Position numbers and translations under genes: made by a program. From Yuukianura sp. NJ FZ-2021 (taxonomy: Eukaryota), in assembly GCA_046563655.1 (NCBI GenBank), contig CM102286.1, positions 1,240,001 to 1,304,000 of the forward strand: 64,000 nucleotides of DNA, read 5' to 3'. The notes beneath the pieces were generated by a model that ran no database searches, had not been told where the DNA came from, and worked only from the letters and a program-made list of their open reading frames with translations. Below, in pieces: positions 36,001-48,003 of the stretch; position 1 is the first letter of the stretch, and every line of letters begins with the position of its first letter.

Positions 36001-38919
36001 CCTTAGGAACAGTCACATGCTACAGTTGAGCAGTTGTTTTTAGCATGTCGAGTTGAATATGCTAATTTATGTGCAGAAGATGAACTTTACAAACTGAAGA
36101 ACCAGTTACCTCCGATTGTCAGGGTAAATTTCGAAAACCAAGAAAGTGATTGTGAGAAAGAAGATAGTGATTGTGAAAAAGAGGAAGTTCATAACGGAGT
36201 CAGTGACACTGGCTTCGACAATTTTGAAATTGAAGATTGTGATGAAAATGAGGGTGCAGAAGTGGAAATCGGTGAAAATATTGTACATAGTGATGTGGTA
36301 GTGCGTGCCAGTGACCCACAGAATCATTTTAATGGTTCTCAAAGTAGTAATTGGCAGATTCGAGATCCAGATGCTGTCATATGTTGGAGATGCAGTGGGC
36401 GTGGTCATAAGGAGTTTCAGTGTCCAACGCCAGTGGATTTTGCGCTTGGATCATTTCGATTGGAGAATTTGGAAGATGTTTCAGAAGGTTATGGGGAATA
36501 TGGAGAGGAAGATGATTATGAAAATTCTGACGATGTTCCAGAAAATTTAAACTGAAGAAGGGGAATGACATTTCGTCCATCATTCACCCGAGTGTCAAGT
36601 TGTGTCCGGACGAAGTAGTGCAGTGTTGTGTTGTAAATATGGAGTTGCGTTTTAGCAACTTCCAACTTGTAAATATTGTGTTTTTGTGGAAGAAGGTGAT
36701 AGAGAGGAAGAGAAACTTGGGGGATTTTGAGATTAAGTTATGGAGAGTTCCAGGGAAGCGTCAAGATGGCTGGAGGTCTGTGGAAGGGGACGCCTTTTCG
36801 CGGATTCCAGCGCCATTAGAAGATGAAAATTGTGGATTAGACAAGGGCTCTCCCGAAGACAGTGACTGGCTATCTGCAGTGGCAGTACTGTGCTTCATCC
36901 CGCCAAGAATTGAAGAAGAGAGTGGGAAATTGAGTGGTTTTGTGAAGTGTTTTGTTAAAAGTGTTGGAGGAGACTGCGGGATCCTGCCAACAGGGGGACG
37001 TGTGGAAACGAGGCCTCAATCTTCCAGCGTCAACCCAGAGTACGTTGTCCCAGCCACAAATGGCGAGGCTCGCAGCGTTACTCAAGCTCCAAACAGTGAG
37101 CTTATGAAGAAAATGTTGATTCGGAAATTAGAAGAGGAGGACGTTGTCCCAGCCACAAACGGCGAGGCTCGCAGCGTTACTCAAGCTACAGAAAGTGAGC
37201 TTTCAAGAAAAGTGTTAAATCGAAGAATTACAATTAAAGAAAATGTTCGCCCGGCAGTGCTGAAGTGCGACGTTATAGTTTTGCAAAGTGAGAGTTTTAG
37301 TGCTGCGGTGCTACGAAATATGAAAGTGAGAAATGACGAAAAATTAAGGATTGTGATTAAGTGGATTCAAGTGATTAAATTAACATTTGATGATTATGTT
37401 GGTCCAAGTTCTGAGTTGGGTTGGGTCTCACTGTCCCGTAAAGTGAAGGAAGGTGGCACTCAGAATTTGTGGCAACTAATGGGAGTCAATTTATTGGCCT
37501 CCGCTTATTTGTGTTTTAGTGGTGCTCATTGTCCACAAGTTCAGCCGAGGGTCTCACTGTCCCGTAAAGTGAAGGAAGGAGGAGCTGAAAGTTTGTGGGA
37601 ATGTAGTGGACTCAGTTTTTTAATAACAGTGTTTGCGAACATGTACTTTAAAAGTAAAAGTAATGATGTGGATACAAAGGGAGTTGTCTTGACAACTTCC
37701 ATCAAAGTGAGAAGTGATTTAGTGAGTGACAATGTGAAAGTGCCTGACGTTTTGGATGGAGCGCTCGGGAGGAATCGGATGCTGCGGTGGACGATTACCA
37801 GGATGATGACTACGCTGATGACTATGATGAAGACTCCGCTGATGTCCAGGAGGAGGATGGAGTTTCGGAGCAGCCGCCTTGGGCGTTTGTCGCTGATGGA
37901 TGTCGGCCCGGGTCGTCAGGCTCGACACCCATCATCTGGAGAGGAATGTGTTGGCGTCTGCTGCGTAGGCTTAGTAGCCATAAGATTATATCTTATTGAG
38001 ATTGTAGAGAGATGCGGCGAGTGGAGTCGCGGGAGATTTGAGATGCGGTGTGGTAGAGAGAGAGATGAGCATTGTATATAGAGTTCAGTCGGTTTCCGGT
38101 TTTTGTAGAGATCGGAGGGAGATCCAGTATGTTTTAGTTTCATCAGTTGTATATTTTTCAGTTCCATCGATTCAATAAATATATACATATATTTATTATT
38201 CATCGATGGTGGTTTTCCAGTTGTGGTGATTTTCAGTTGTCATTGGGATCTGGAGTCTGCAGACTCAGAGGAGTAGTCTGGTGTAGTGTTTTTCAGTTGT
38301 TTAGCGTCGTAGGGCGTTACAATTTCTAATATTAATTTTATGTGATTTTATTTTATAATCTTTCTTTTAAGTAATTTTATAAACTTTCTATTATTATGTG
38401 TCATAACATTGTTTTTTTTTTGTTAGTAAAATACGCGAAGGACGTAATGGAGTCTTATACGTCTGCCCCAAGGACGGCACGAATTTGGAGGAATTGACAC
38501 AGACATGGTATCGAATGCAGCAAGTTCATCATAACGTGTACATGGAGTTGATTGGAACCACGTTTCCATGGTTATTCCCAAGCTTTTGCATGGTTTTGAT
38601 CCTCACCATCTTCATGCTCATTCGACTAGTTCATGTCATCATGCCCTTGGTTACAGTCATCATCATCGCCGTGTTTGTGCTGTCCTTTGTTATGTTTACG
38701 CTGGGCTGTGAATGTTTTGCTATCATTGGACAAAATTCAATATCCGACTCAACGTCGCTTACATCAACAAAGTTACAACGCTTGTCACAAAATTCAAATC
38801 GACCGCTAAAGTTTAATATAGGAAGCTTCTTTTACATGTCAAATGACACTTATCTTATTATTTTGAATTCCTTCGTTGTTGTAGTTATTGTCCAATTACT
38901 TGTTAGTATTCCAGTGTAA
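33059..38919 (+). CDS. Gustatory-receptor-like 7TM chemoreceptor 1 (3 exons; intron 2 expanded by an LTR element)
   Basis: Exons 33059-33425, ~33532-33838 and 38428-38919 are phase-compatible (CG|T). Multiple hydrophobic helices; C-terminal RPLKFNIGSFFYM...TYL.IL motif typical of the arthropod GR/OR superfamily; paralog of 39739-41438. Confidence 0.7.
34642..35014 (+). repeat. 5' LTR
   Basis: tgttggcgtc...gggcgttaca; matches the 3' LTR with one visible substitution. Confidence 0.95.
35400..36555 (+). pseudogene. gag: gag-like gene split by a frameshift near 36020-36035
   Basis: Capsid-like VPKFD...WSDFKEAFVKRY...RRQKLDEPVEQF in ORF 35352-36029. The continuation in another frame (36034-36555) carries the zinc knuckle CWRCSGRGHKEFQC. 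Confidence 0.75.
36546..38081 (+). CDS. Long -1-frame ORF2 of the LTR element (pol position, but no recognisable PR/RT/IN)
   Basis: Open from the slippery site TTTAAAC into the 3' LTR. Only an RNase H-end-like remnant (DFEI...PGK...DAFSRIP) is recognisable; internal repeats VVPATNGEARSVTQA x2 and VSLSRKVKEGG x2. Confidence 0.5.
   Translation, partial: FKLKKGNDISSIIHPSVKLCPDEVVQCCVVNMELRFSNFQLVNIVFLWKKVIERKRNLGDFEIKLWRVPGKRQDGWRSVEGDAFSRIPAPLEDENCGLDKGSPEDSDWLSAVAVLCFIPPRIEEESGKLSGFVKCFVKSVGGDCGILPTGGRVETRPQSSSVNPEYVVPATNGEARSVTQAPNSELMKKMLIRKLEEEDVVPATNGEARSVTQATESELSRKVLNRRITIKENVRPAVLKCDVIVLQSESFSAAVLRNMKVRNDEKLRIVIKWIQVIKLTFDDYVGPSSELGWVSLSRKVKEGGTQNLWQLMGVNLLASAYLCFSGAHCPQVQPRVSLSRKVKEGGAESLWECSGLSFLITVFANMYFKSKSNDVDTKGVVLTTSIKVRSDLVSDNVKVPDVLDGALGRNRMLRWTITRMMTTLMTMMKTPLMSRRRMEFRSSRLGRLSLMDVGPGRQARHPSSGEECVGVCCVGLVAIRLYLIEIVERCGEWSRGRFEMRCGRERDEHCI
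37949..38321 (+). repeat. 3' LTR
   Basis: Copy of 34642-35014, preceded by a polypurine tract. Confidence 0.95.
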
Positions 38920-39738
38920 TAGAATAACTACTTACTACTACTAAACTAAATGATTTAAATGTCTCAACATTTTTACAAGCTAAAACTTTGGAATGCACAA
39001 ATTTAATAGAAAGAAAGCGGTTTCAAAAGTTTCGCCTGGAAACTCGATGGTTTAGAAAAAAATTTTAAAGGTTAGGATTTGATTATTTTATGTGAAAACG
39101 AGCCAAGTAAATTTCGCTGGAGTTTTTTTTTTCTCTAATTTTCTCATCAAGTTTTAAATTCTCAAAAGAATAGCTTATTTAAAAAAAAAGCAAGTTATAG
39201 ACAAAATCGACAATTTTTCTAAAATTTCATATCGGAAGCTTGCTTTACATTTCCAATGCTACATATCTCATTGTTTTGAATTTACTTGTTAAGGCGGTTG
39301 TGGTTGTGGTACTATAGTTGTTGTGCCAGTGCCATTAAATGCTCAATAAAAAGTAAACTAAAAATACCAACATTTTTGAAAAACTTTCTAATGAAAATCT
39401 AAATCAATAAACGGCATCAAAAATCGAAAAAGCGGTATGCTCAAATATTTTATGAACATTGCAAAAAATTGTTGAAAAGAATATTTCGACGCCATTTAAC
39501 CATTTTTTCGACTTATGGACTTGAACGTTTGAATTATTGAGGCGACTTTAAAAGAACCCGTCAACTGAAAGTGAATTGTTCATTTTTGCATTAATTAGTA
39601 AATTTACACAAAAAACAAGAAAAAGGCCGAAATATAAAAAAGTCAATTAAAACATGTGAAATTGGGACTTGGAAATATCTAATACTTGTTTCAGTTTTCT
39701 TGAATACTGCAGAGGGAACAAACAAGTTTTTAGAAAAA

Positions 39739-41438
39739 ATGTTGCTTTCGGAAAAATGTGTTTCGCCATTTTACTGGACCATTTGCATTGGGAGTTTCTT
39801 TCATATTTTACCATTTTATTACAACCAACAAACAAGTCGAATTATTTGTTACGCTGGCTCCAAAATTCAAAAATGGCTGTCATTTTTCGTAATTTTTGAT
39901 TCTGCTTTGGTTAATGCTGGAATAATTTTACTTCAATTTTGGTTTTGTTGGGTGGATCCAACTACAAGTTCAGCAGATGTTGTGCCTGTATTTAGCTTGG
40001 CGTTTGCCATGCTGTCATCGTATCCAGCCTACTACATTTTGGTAACAAAGTCAGACTTGATGGATCTTCATTTTCAGGGATTACACTACTTTGACAAAAT
40101 TGGAGGTACTCCCAAGGTTGTTTATAATCGAAATTTTGTTTGTTTTTCCTTAACAGGTTATACTATAACTCCTGTTTAAAAAAAATTCTTTGTTTTGAAT
40201 TTTTTCCACGATCAGTTGATCTCGCGCCATGTAACGCAAACGGAATTCGTACAAAAATCGTACAAACTTTGTTTTTCCGTAATATTTTGAAAAAAAAAAG
40301 TGAGTTATGACATAACCTGTTAGCGTATTTGTATAAATGGACGCTGTGGCTATAACCTAACGTTGGCAATACCAAAATTACGAACTTTTTCTCAAACAGG
40401 GGCAGTATGCAGAGGGCCCGGCATGTTCGGTTGGTACGTTAGTAACCGAAATTTTGCAGAGTCAATGGTAAGAGGAATGCTAGGATCCGCTGTATCTGCA
40501 GTACTCATTGGAATTCCAGCGGGAATTTGTTCAGTTCATTTTGAATTGCCCGGGTTTCGGTTTTTTAACACCGGAAATATTTGGTGGACTGTTGCAATAG
40601 TCAATAGTTTGAGTTTCCTGTTCGCCCTCAACTGGACCGTTTGTCTAATTTTCGCAGATTTAGCCATCTTTCACTATTTCATTACCGCCAATTTCCAAGA
40701 AATTTTGTAAGTCGAGCTCAATTGCTCAATTGCTGAGATTTCCGTGACGAATTTTTATCTGACAGGTTGGACGATCAGTCCAGTGATCGTGCCGAAAAAC
40801 AAAAACTGTACCGTGTCCAGCAAGTGCACCACAACATTTTCATGGATCTGATTGGCAGTACTTATCCCTGTATAGTGCCGATCTGCTGTCTTCAGATGAT
40901 CGTCACAACCTGTGCTCTGATTCGTTTACAACGGCAAATGTCGTTCCTTCCTTTAGGAGTTATGGTGGCAACACTACTGTTCTGCTCAACACTACTCAAA
41001 ACTTGTATGGAAATTTCTGGAACCATAACACGCAGGTCAGAAACATCAGCTTGGATAACACGCAGGTCAGAAACAGAATTACCAACCCGCACAGTCTGCA
41101 AGTCTGTCCAATCGTCCAGATCTACAACGCTCATATCAGTATCAGCAACAGGCCCCTTACGCAGGTCAATGACAACATTGGTATCTGCAACGGGTACCCT
41201 GCGCAGGTCAATGACACAATCGGTATCACCAACGAGTACCCTGCACAGGTCAATGAAACCGTCAGGATCAGCATCGAATTCTACCGTATTACTGGAACAA
41301 ATGCTGATCAAATCAAATCGCCCGCTAAAATTTAACGTAGGAAACCTCTTTTGTATGTCACATGATACTTTTCTTGTTCTACTCAATTCTGTTATCATTA
41401 CAAATATTGTCAACCTTCTTGTCTCAACACGCAAATAA
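39739..41438 (+). CDS. Gustatory-receptor-like 7TM chemoreceptor 2
   Basis: Exons 39739-40106, 40400-40706, 40766-41438. Same exon structure and motifs as paralog 1 (HILPFYYN, PGFRFFNTG, YRVQQVHHN, RPLKFNVGNLF). Confidence 0.7.
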
Positions 41439-43222
41439 AAAGTAAACATTAAAAGAAATTCTTATTTCATTTTACATAAAATATATGCAGTAAAACACAA
41501 AAACTTGCAACATAAAAACATATTTTTGTAAAACCCGACAAAGATTACACATCCAACCTGCCTATTTTTTGGTTGAGTCACGCAACATGAAATGAATTAA
41601 GAATTTGGTTAGAATTGATTTTTTCGTTCCCTTGGAGCTTGTGACTATCGCTTTCACCCGAAGTGAAAGTGAGGCCCATGGACACCCTACCAGGAGGGAT
41701 ATCCGGGGACAGCGTAATCAAATTATGCATTACGCATGCGCAAAGGCACCTTTCAACCTTCTCCCCTCCTAACTCTAACCTTTCCCCCAACTTTCTCCCT
41801 AAGAAACTACTTTCCTCTAACTTTACTTTCCTTTACCCTAACATTTCCCTTGCTACTACTACGTGTTTACCTCCAATTTGTATAGAATTAAGTTCTAGGG
41901 AAGTAATTACGTAATTGACGGGCGTTCACTGGTACAATCACGGTTGAAGTAATCGCGGCTCAATTCAAGTGCCCACAGAGACATTTGGTACAAAGTGTTT
42001 TTAAGGTAATCCAAGTTGAAGTGTCAAAAGTAACACCCCAGTGTAACTTTCTATTTGATTGTCACCCTTCTCACCTTTAGTATATGTTGTTGGGTATGGA
42101 GGGTACATTTCGAGGGTAATAACTTTTCAATTGTTATTCGTGGGACACCCTAACTTGCCACCTAGCGTATCTGACATCATGAATTAACCGGGTAAGCACC
42201 CCAACCACTTTTTGTTATGTATTCATTAGTATTGCTAGTCATTTGTCACACTTAAGATTAGTTTCACGGCTAAAGTGACAAATTTCGCATCCAAATGTCG
42301 TATTTTGGGTACAAAATGTTACTTGAAGTTGAAGTTTGTAAACGAGGATGTTTGCTGTATTTTTTGAAACGGAAAAGAGTCGCATTCCCATTAATCCCAT
42401 TCCCAAGTCGTAGTTTAAACGCATTTAAAATTGCAAAATTTTGGAAAAAGGACTACAAAATTGGAAAATTTTGGCGTCAAAAATTTACCGTTTCGAGAAC
42501 TTACTTTTGGAGCAATTGAGAATTTCCCTCATACGGGGGAATAACTGTAATTTTTCATTTCCTTTTTTGACATTTGCTGTTTTTGCCAAAAGTCTTTGCA
42601 TGTAACAGATTACATAAGGGGGAGATACTGTAATATGGGTGTAGAGTAATTGAAAGTAGTTTGAGGCCAATTGAAACCAATTACTAATCATCCTTGAATT
42701 TCAATTAGATTCTTAACTTCCTTCCTCAGGATTATTAACATGGAGGAAAGGAAAAACAACTATCGTTGCAACCATATACAGCTGACTAGGATACAATGTC
42801 TTACTCATAGTCCTTGTAGTAATAGAATACTTTATCGATCCAACTAATTCGTAATACTGATTTCGTATTACGCTTTTCTGTTTGATATTATTGTGGTGGT
42901 TCATGTGATATACCAATTCCAAAGGCTGAAATGAATTAAATTTAGTTATCAAACACAGTAAGTCAACTAAAAGTGTTTTTCATGTGGATTTTATTATTCA
43001 TTTTTATTTAATTAGTACTTTGTTTGTTGGTTTTAGATACGAATTGATTGCTGAAATGATGTAGATTGGTGAAGCAATACTTTTAAGCAGAGATTCAATC
43101 GTGATGTATCAAGATTTCTGATTGGTCGGCCACCGCAGCCTCAATTTCTTAATCGTTGGTGAATCATGGAGAAAATTTTTAAATAATACTTTTGGATTTA
43201 CGACGACAGTGACATTCAAAAC

Positions 43223-46200
43223 ATGGTGGAAGAAAAGAAAGGCAGTGGAGGACTGGAGAATGACCTCTTGACCTCTACGAATCATCAAATGACACTTCTC
43301 AGGGCTGAACTGCATGACAGCACGCGAAGGCTGTCGTCACAACTGAGTTCCCCACCGTCGTCACCCTCAATTGCCCCACCCGAACTTCCTCAGTTTCCAA
43401 ATGGACATGTATCGCAGAGTGCTGACGAGTCACGGCAGCTGCGCAATGGTCTACTGGGTAAGTTTATGTCAACGACAAAATTTCGTTTATCATTTTTCAT
43501 TTGCTTTGAGTGTCAATTCCTTATTTCGTTTTCAGAAGGCGACGAAGGCGATCCGAAAATTGAAACTTGGAATGAAGAAGAGCTGAGACGAGAGTACGGT
43601 AAACTCCGACTTGAAAACCGACAACTGAAGAATGAACTTCGGAAGGCTCCAGCTCTAGCTGAACTGCAACATGCAAAGGAAGCTCTCAGTGGTGAGCTAC
43701 TTTAAAAAAACACTATTTAAGTTTTATGTCTAACAATTTTGTGTAATCAACCAGCACTCAAGGGAGATCGTAAAAGACTGAAAGCCGAAAAGTTTGAGCT
43801 GCTGAACCAAATGAAGGAACTTTACGCAACACTGGAAGACAAGGAAAAGGAACTGCGGGATTTTATTCGGAATTACGAGCAGGTATTAACATTATACGTA
43901 AGAAATTTATGGAATTTCAGAGTCACGACTCCCATTTCGCTTATTCTACTTTCCAAATGTTTCTTTTTGCAGCGAATGCGAGAAAGTGAAGCAACCCAAT
44001 TACGTTTAGTAACAGAACGGGACGAGGCTGAGAGAGATCGATGGACAATTTTGAGACATGCGCGTGACGAAGCCGAACGTGGAATATCTTTAGCCACTCA
44101 ACTGAATCTCAGAGAGACTCAAGTGCAACAATTGCAGGAAGAATTGCATGACGTATGACATTAAATCTTCATTTTCCTGTTTCTTCTGTCACTAATTGTC
44201 ACTTTTAATTAATTCGTAGGCAAAACGTCATTTATCTCAGTATGGAATCTATGCAGAGCCTGAGCGATCAGCTGCAAGTATAAGTAGTACAAATGCTGCC
44301 ACGTCACATTACTCCATGATATCCCCAAATGCAGCCAATTATGCTACGCTCGGAGACTCTCGCAGTTCACAATCAGCTGATTCTGGTGTTCGGCTTAGTT
44401 CCAATCGCGACTCGGCTCCGAATCACGGGCCGCCTGGACCTTCCGGTAATTCTACAGGCGGGAACATGTCAGACTCTCCAAACGAAGGTTAACAATAACT
44501 ATTTTTTCAAAACTGAACATTTTTTTAAATTGGCAATTTCTAATCATCTAGGAGTCAGTTTAGATTTATGTGGTGACGGATCAGGCGGAGACGATTCGAT
44601 GTCAGTCATTTCCACGGCTACTCTGCCTCAACTGTTTGGAAATTCTCGAGAAAGTCCTGCTCCGATAACATTCGCCTCTCTAACGCGTTCCTTGGATGCT
44701 GCAAATCTGTCTCGTTCAGCTGAACAACTACTTCAAGCTGAAGCTGAAGCCAGGAGAAGAAGCAGTCGACGGAGTGGAGCTGAATCGCTGAGTCGCGGCT
44801 CTTCGACTGGAGCCAAGGGAGCTTGGGGCAGCATTTCCCGCGTTTTCGCCCGCAATAAGCACAGGCGAACTCTCGATTCCTCTATTTATGATGGTAAGTC
44901 AACTTAACACATGTCTTTCTTTAGTCTTCATGAGCGTGACGTGTACTGTTGTTGTCCAGGTTTACATGGCAACAGTGGCGGTCAACGTTCGAGTTGGTCT
45001 CCACAGGGATCAGTTCCTCAGAGTCCAATGACAGAACAGGAAAGCTATGGAGACAAATTACGAGCACTGGAAGAAGCAGCTACATTGCCCATGGAACTTT
45101 GGCGTGCCAGTATGGTCCAAGCATGGGTAGAAGTGTCACTGGGCATGCCGCAGTATGGAAGTCGTTGTGGAGACAATGTCAAAAGTGGCAAACTTTTACT
45201 GGAATTGACAGATGGAGATTTACAGTCAGAGTTGGGCATTTCACATCCACTGCATCGCAAGAAACTGAGGTTGGCAATTGAGGAGCATCGCAATCCTGCA
45301 CTCGTGAGGTTTCCGTGTATCGTCGAGTTGTCCCATGTATGGGTTAGCTCCGAATGGCTTCCAGACATTGGCCTTCCACAGGTGAGAAGTTCAATAAAAA
45401 GTGGAACTTGAAGTGACAACTGAAGGCCAAACGAGTAAACTTTCAAATTGAAAGTGTTTCAATTACCGAGGGTTCAGAAATTACATTACCTACGCCATCT
45501 GGAGAAAAATTGAAATTCAAGAAACCAAAACAAAATCTTTCAATTTTGTTTTTCAAAATTTTGATTTTTCTGGTTTAGTATGCTGAAACGTTTGCGGGAG
45601 GACTGGTAGATGCCAGATTGTTGGAGCATTTGAGCAAAAAAGACTTGGAAAAGTACCTTGGAGTGACAAGGAAGTTCCATTTGGCATCCATTGCCCACGG
45701 TGTTCATCTCCTCCGAATGGTTGCTTATGACAGACAGGTATGAATTACTCTAATTAGTTTAATTAGTTAACTTTTTAATTACTCAAAAGTAAGTGTGCAC
45801 ACTTGATTTGATTACTAATTTTCAGCACCTAGCGGAACGACGACGACAATGTGAAGGCGATCCTCTTGTATGGACAAATCATCACTTTCTCCAGTGGGCC
45901 AGATCCATTGACCTTCACGAGTATGCGGAAAATTTGAAAGGTCAGTTCCAAAATTTCGAAAAATCTGTACTTTGAATTTGAAATTTTATCAAAATTTTGA
46001 AATTCAGGAAGCGGTGTCCATGGGGCCTTTGCTGTTCTGGAACCAACTTTCTCTGGTGACACCTTAGCTTCGGCTATGGGAATTCCACCATCAAAACAAA
46101 TAATACGCAGACACTTAGCAGCCGAATTAGACTCAATCCTCATTCCAGCACGGTAAAACACAAAATTCATAAATTTTTGAAAATCAAAAACACTTTTTCG

Positions 46201-47584
46201 AATAAAATTTTAAAAAGTATGCTGACCAATGTTCTAGATCCAAAATAACCAGTAACTACCGTGTGACGAAACCCCGCTACTCGACCCTGGAGAAACAGCG
46301 TGCAGATTCTCTTGGCCGATCTGCGGTTCCACCAACTGCCGCCGCAATTTCAAGCGACCATTTCCGCCGGAGTACAGAAGATACAAAACGACGGACAAGT
46401 CTTCGGGTGAGAATTTTTTGAAATTTTGAAACCGTTTTCTTAAAATTGTGCATGAGGTTCAAAACGATAAGAGTTTTTGTCATTTGACTTGAACTTTCAA
46501 TTAATGCTGCTACTGTTTGACAATGTGCTGGATGCTGGAACAGGCCTACAGTCATCTCTTTGCCCAAAAGGTCGGACCTTATCACTAAAAATCATCTAAT
46601 TAATCCAATTACTAACTCAAAATCAATGCTTCCTATAAAAACTTAAACTCTCTCTCACTTCTCACCTCATACTAAAGTTCAAAAAAATAAATTATGGCAG
46701 TGCTTCCGTCTGTGCGTGAGTGATTTTGGCCAGTCGCACTTTTTCTGTCTTGTAACTCATTTCAAGTTTATTTTTCAATGCTCAAACTACAAGTAACATG
46801 AACGCTCGCTATTGCCTAACCTAATGCTAACCTCACCTATGCTAACCTTATCCTGCTCAAAACCTAACTTTTTTCGATTTTTTTGAAAAAATTTAATCAA
46901 TTGACTCTTCTTCATTTCCAAAGTTTTCGACCTGGAGGAGCTCACAGGTAAACAACTAACAAAGAACGAGAATCCTGCGTATTGTTTTAAAATTCTAGAA
47001 TCTCTCATGACCTAAAATTTTGAAAAATTTTGAAAATTTTAACATTGAACTGTTGTTTCGTTTTGCAGGGAAGTTTAAGCAGAGCCTTGGGACTCAAAGT
47101 CAAGAGTGATGTCCAGAATCATGGAGAAGCAAAAGCAGAATCCAGAATGACTCCGCCGCCGATACCCGGGTACGCTTCGTCTGGAAAACTGGGATACCTC
47201 CATCAAGGCAGAACACAGTCACTCAATGGCGAAACGTCTCCACTTCACTACAATTCAGCACAGTATCAAAGTCACCCTAACCCCTACTCTGGTCAAGGTC
47301 AAGGTCATTCGGGACTCAAGAAAAGCATGACTAACGCTTCGCATCAACTCGGAGACACTGAAAGTCCTTCCAGGAGCAGTTGCAACAGTAACAGCGAAGA
47401 CATGTCAGAGTCCCAACCACATTTGTCTCAACCTGCCCCGATCCAACCACCGCCACCGCCAGTTGCAAATAGTTCGGAGGTCATCAAGGTCAATGCCCCC
47501 CACAAACATCGCAGAACGACCTCAATTGGGGGAAATCCAACTGACTCAATTCTTGCTCATGTCCCTGTCCATACGCCTGTCTAA
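43223..47584 (+). CDS. KAZN: Kazrin-like protein (coiled coil + three SAM domains), multi-exon
   Basis: AKEAL..LKGDRKRLKAEKFELLNQMKELYATLEDKEKELRDFIRNYEQ; WGSISRVFAR; SAM motifs NVKSGKLLLEL...LHRKKLRLAIEE, WVSSEWLPDIGLPQY, DPLVWTN...GSGVHGA. The start codon is uncertain. Confidence 0.88.
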
Positions 47585-48003
47585 TTCTCAACAAAATTAT
47601 AGACTAAGAGTGAAATTTTGATTTAATGTTCATATCATTCGTAAAGTGAAACGTTTTGCCTGTAAAAATGATATTAAATTAGAAAATAGTTTATGATTTT
47701 AATTTGAAATGGTTAGGATAATAATCTAACCTGGACGATATTTCCCAAATAAACAACTTGTAAGGAAAAAAAAATTGTAGCCTCCCACATTTGGAGAAAA
47801 AAGTTATGTTGTTGGTTTCTGGAGTGCCAATGGATTAATTAACTAATTAATTTATTAATTAAATAACTAATGGTAAGTTAATTAAGTCTGTTAATTAGTT
47901 AATCCATAATCAATTGCAGGTTCAACGACTTCTAGAAAGAAGGAGTGGCGAAATGCTTCGTGAAACTTTCTCATAGTATTTCGAAAGTTGCTTTTCAAGC
48001 GCC

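Larger units (their letters stand above)
34642..38321 (+). mobile_element. Gypsy/Ty3-type LTR retrotransposon, non-autonomous (3680 bp)
   Basis: 373-bp LTRs at 34642-35014 and 37949-38321 (TG...CA); 4-bp TSD ATTT on both sides; PBS TGGCGACCGT at 35017; PPT ggagaggaa at 37938-37946; gag-like ORFs with a CCHC knuckle; no RT or integrase motifs seen. Confidence 0.93.

Noticed and set aside
37787..37999. Acidic D/E-rich ORF in an alternative frame of the LTR element
   Set aside because: Short and low-complexity; cannot be supported as a separate gene
40892..41449. 185-aa antisense ORF over chemoreceptor 2
   Set aside because: Openness is explained by the in-frame tandem repeats on the sense strand
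41578..41914. ORF with CACVMHN resembling a Harbinger transposase end
   Set aside because: Too short, with no DDE context or TIRs seen
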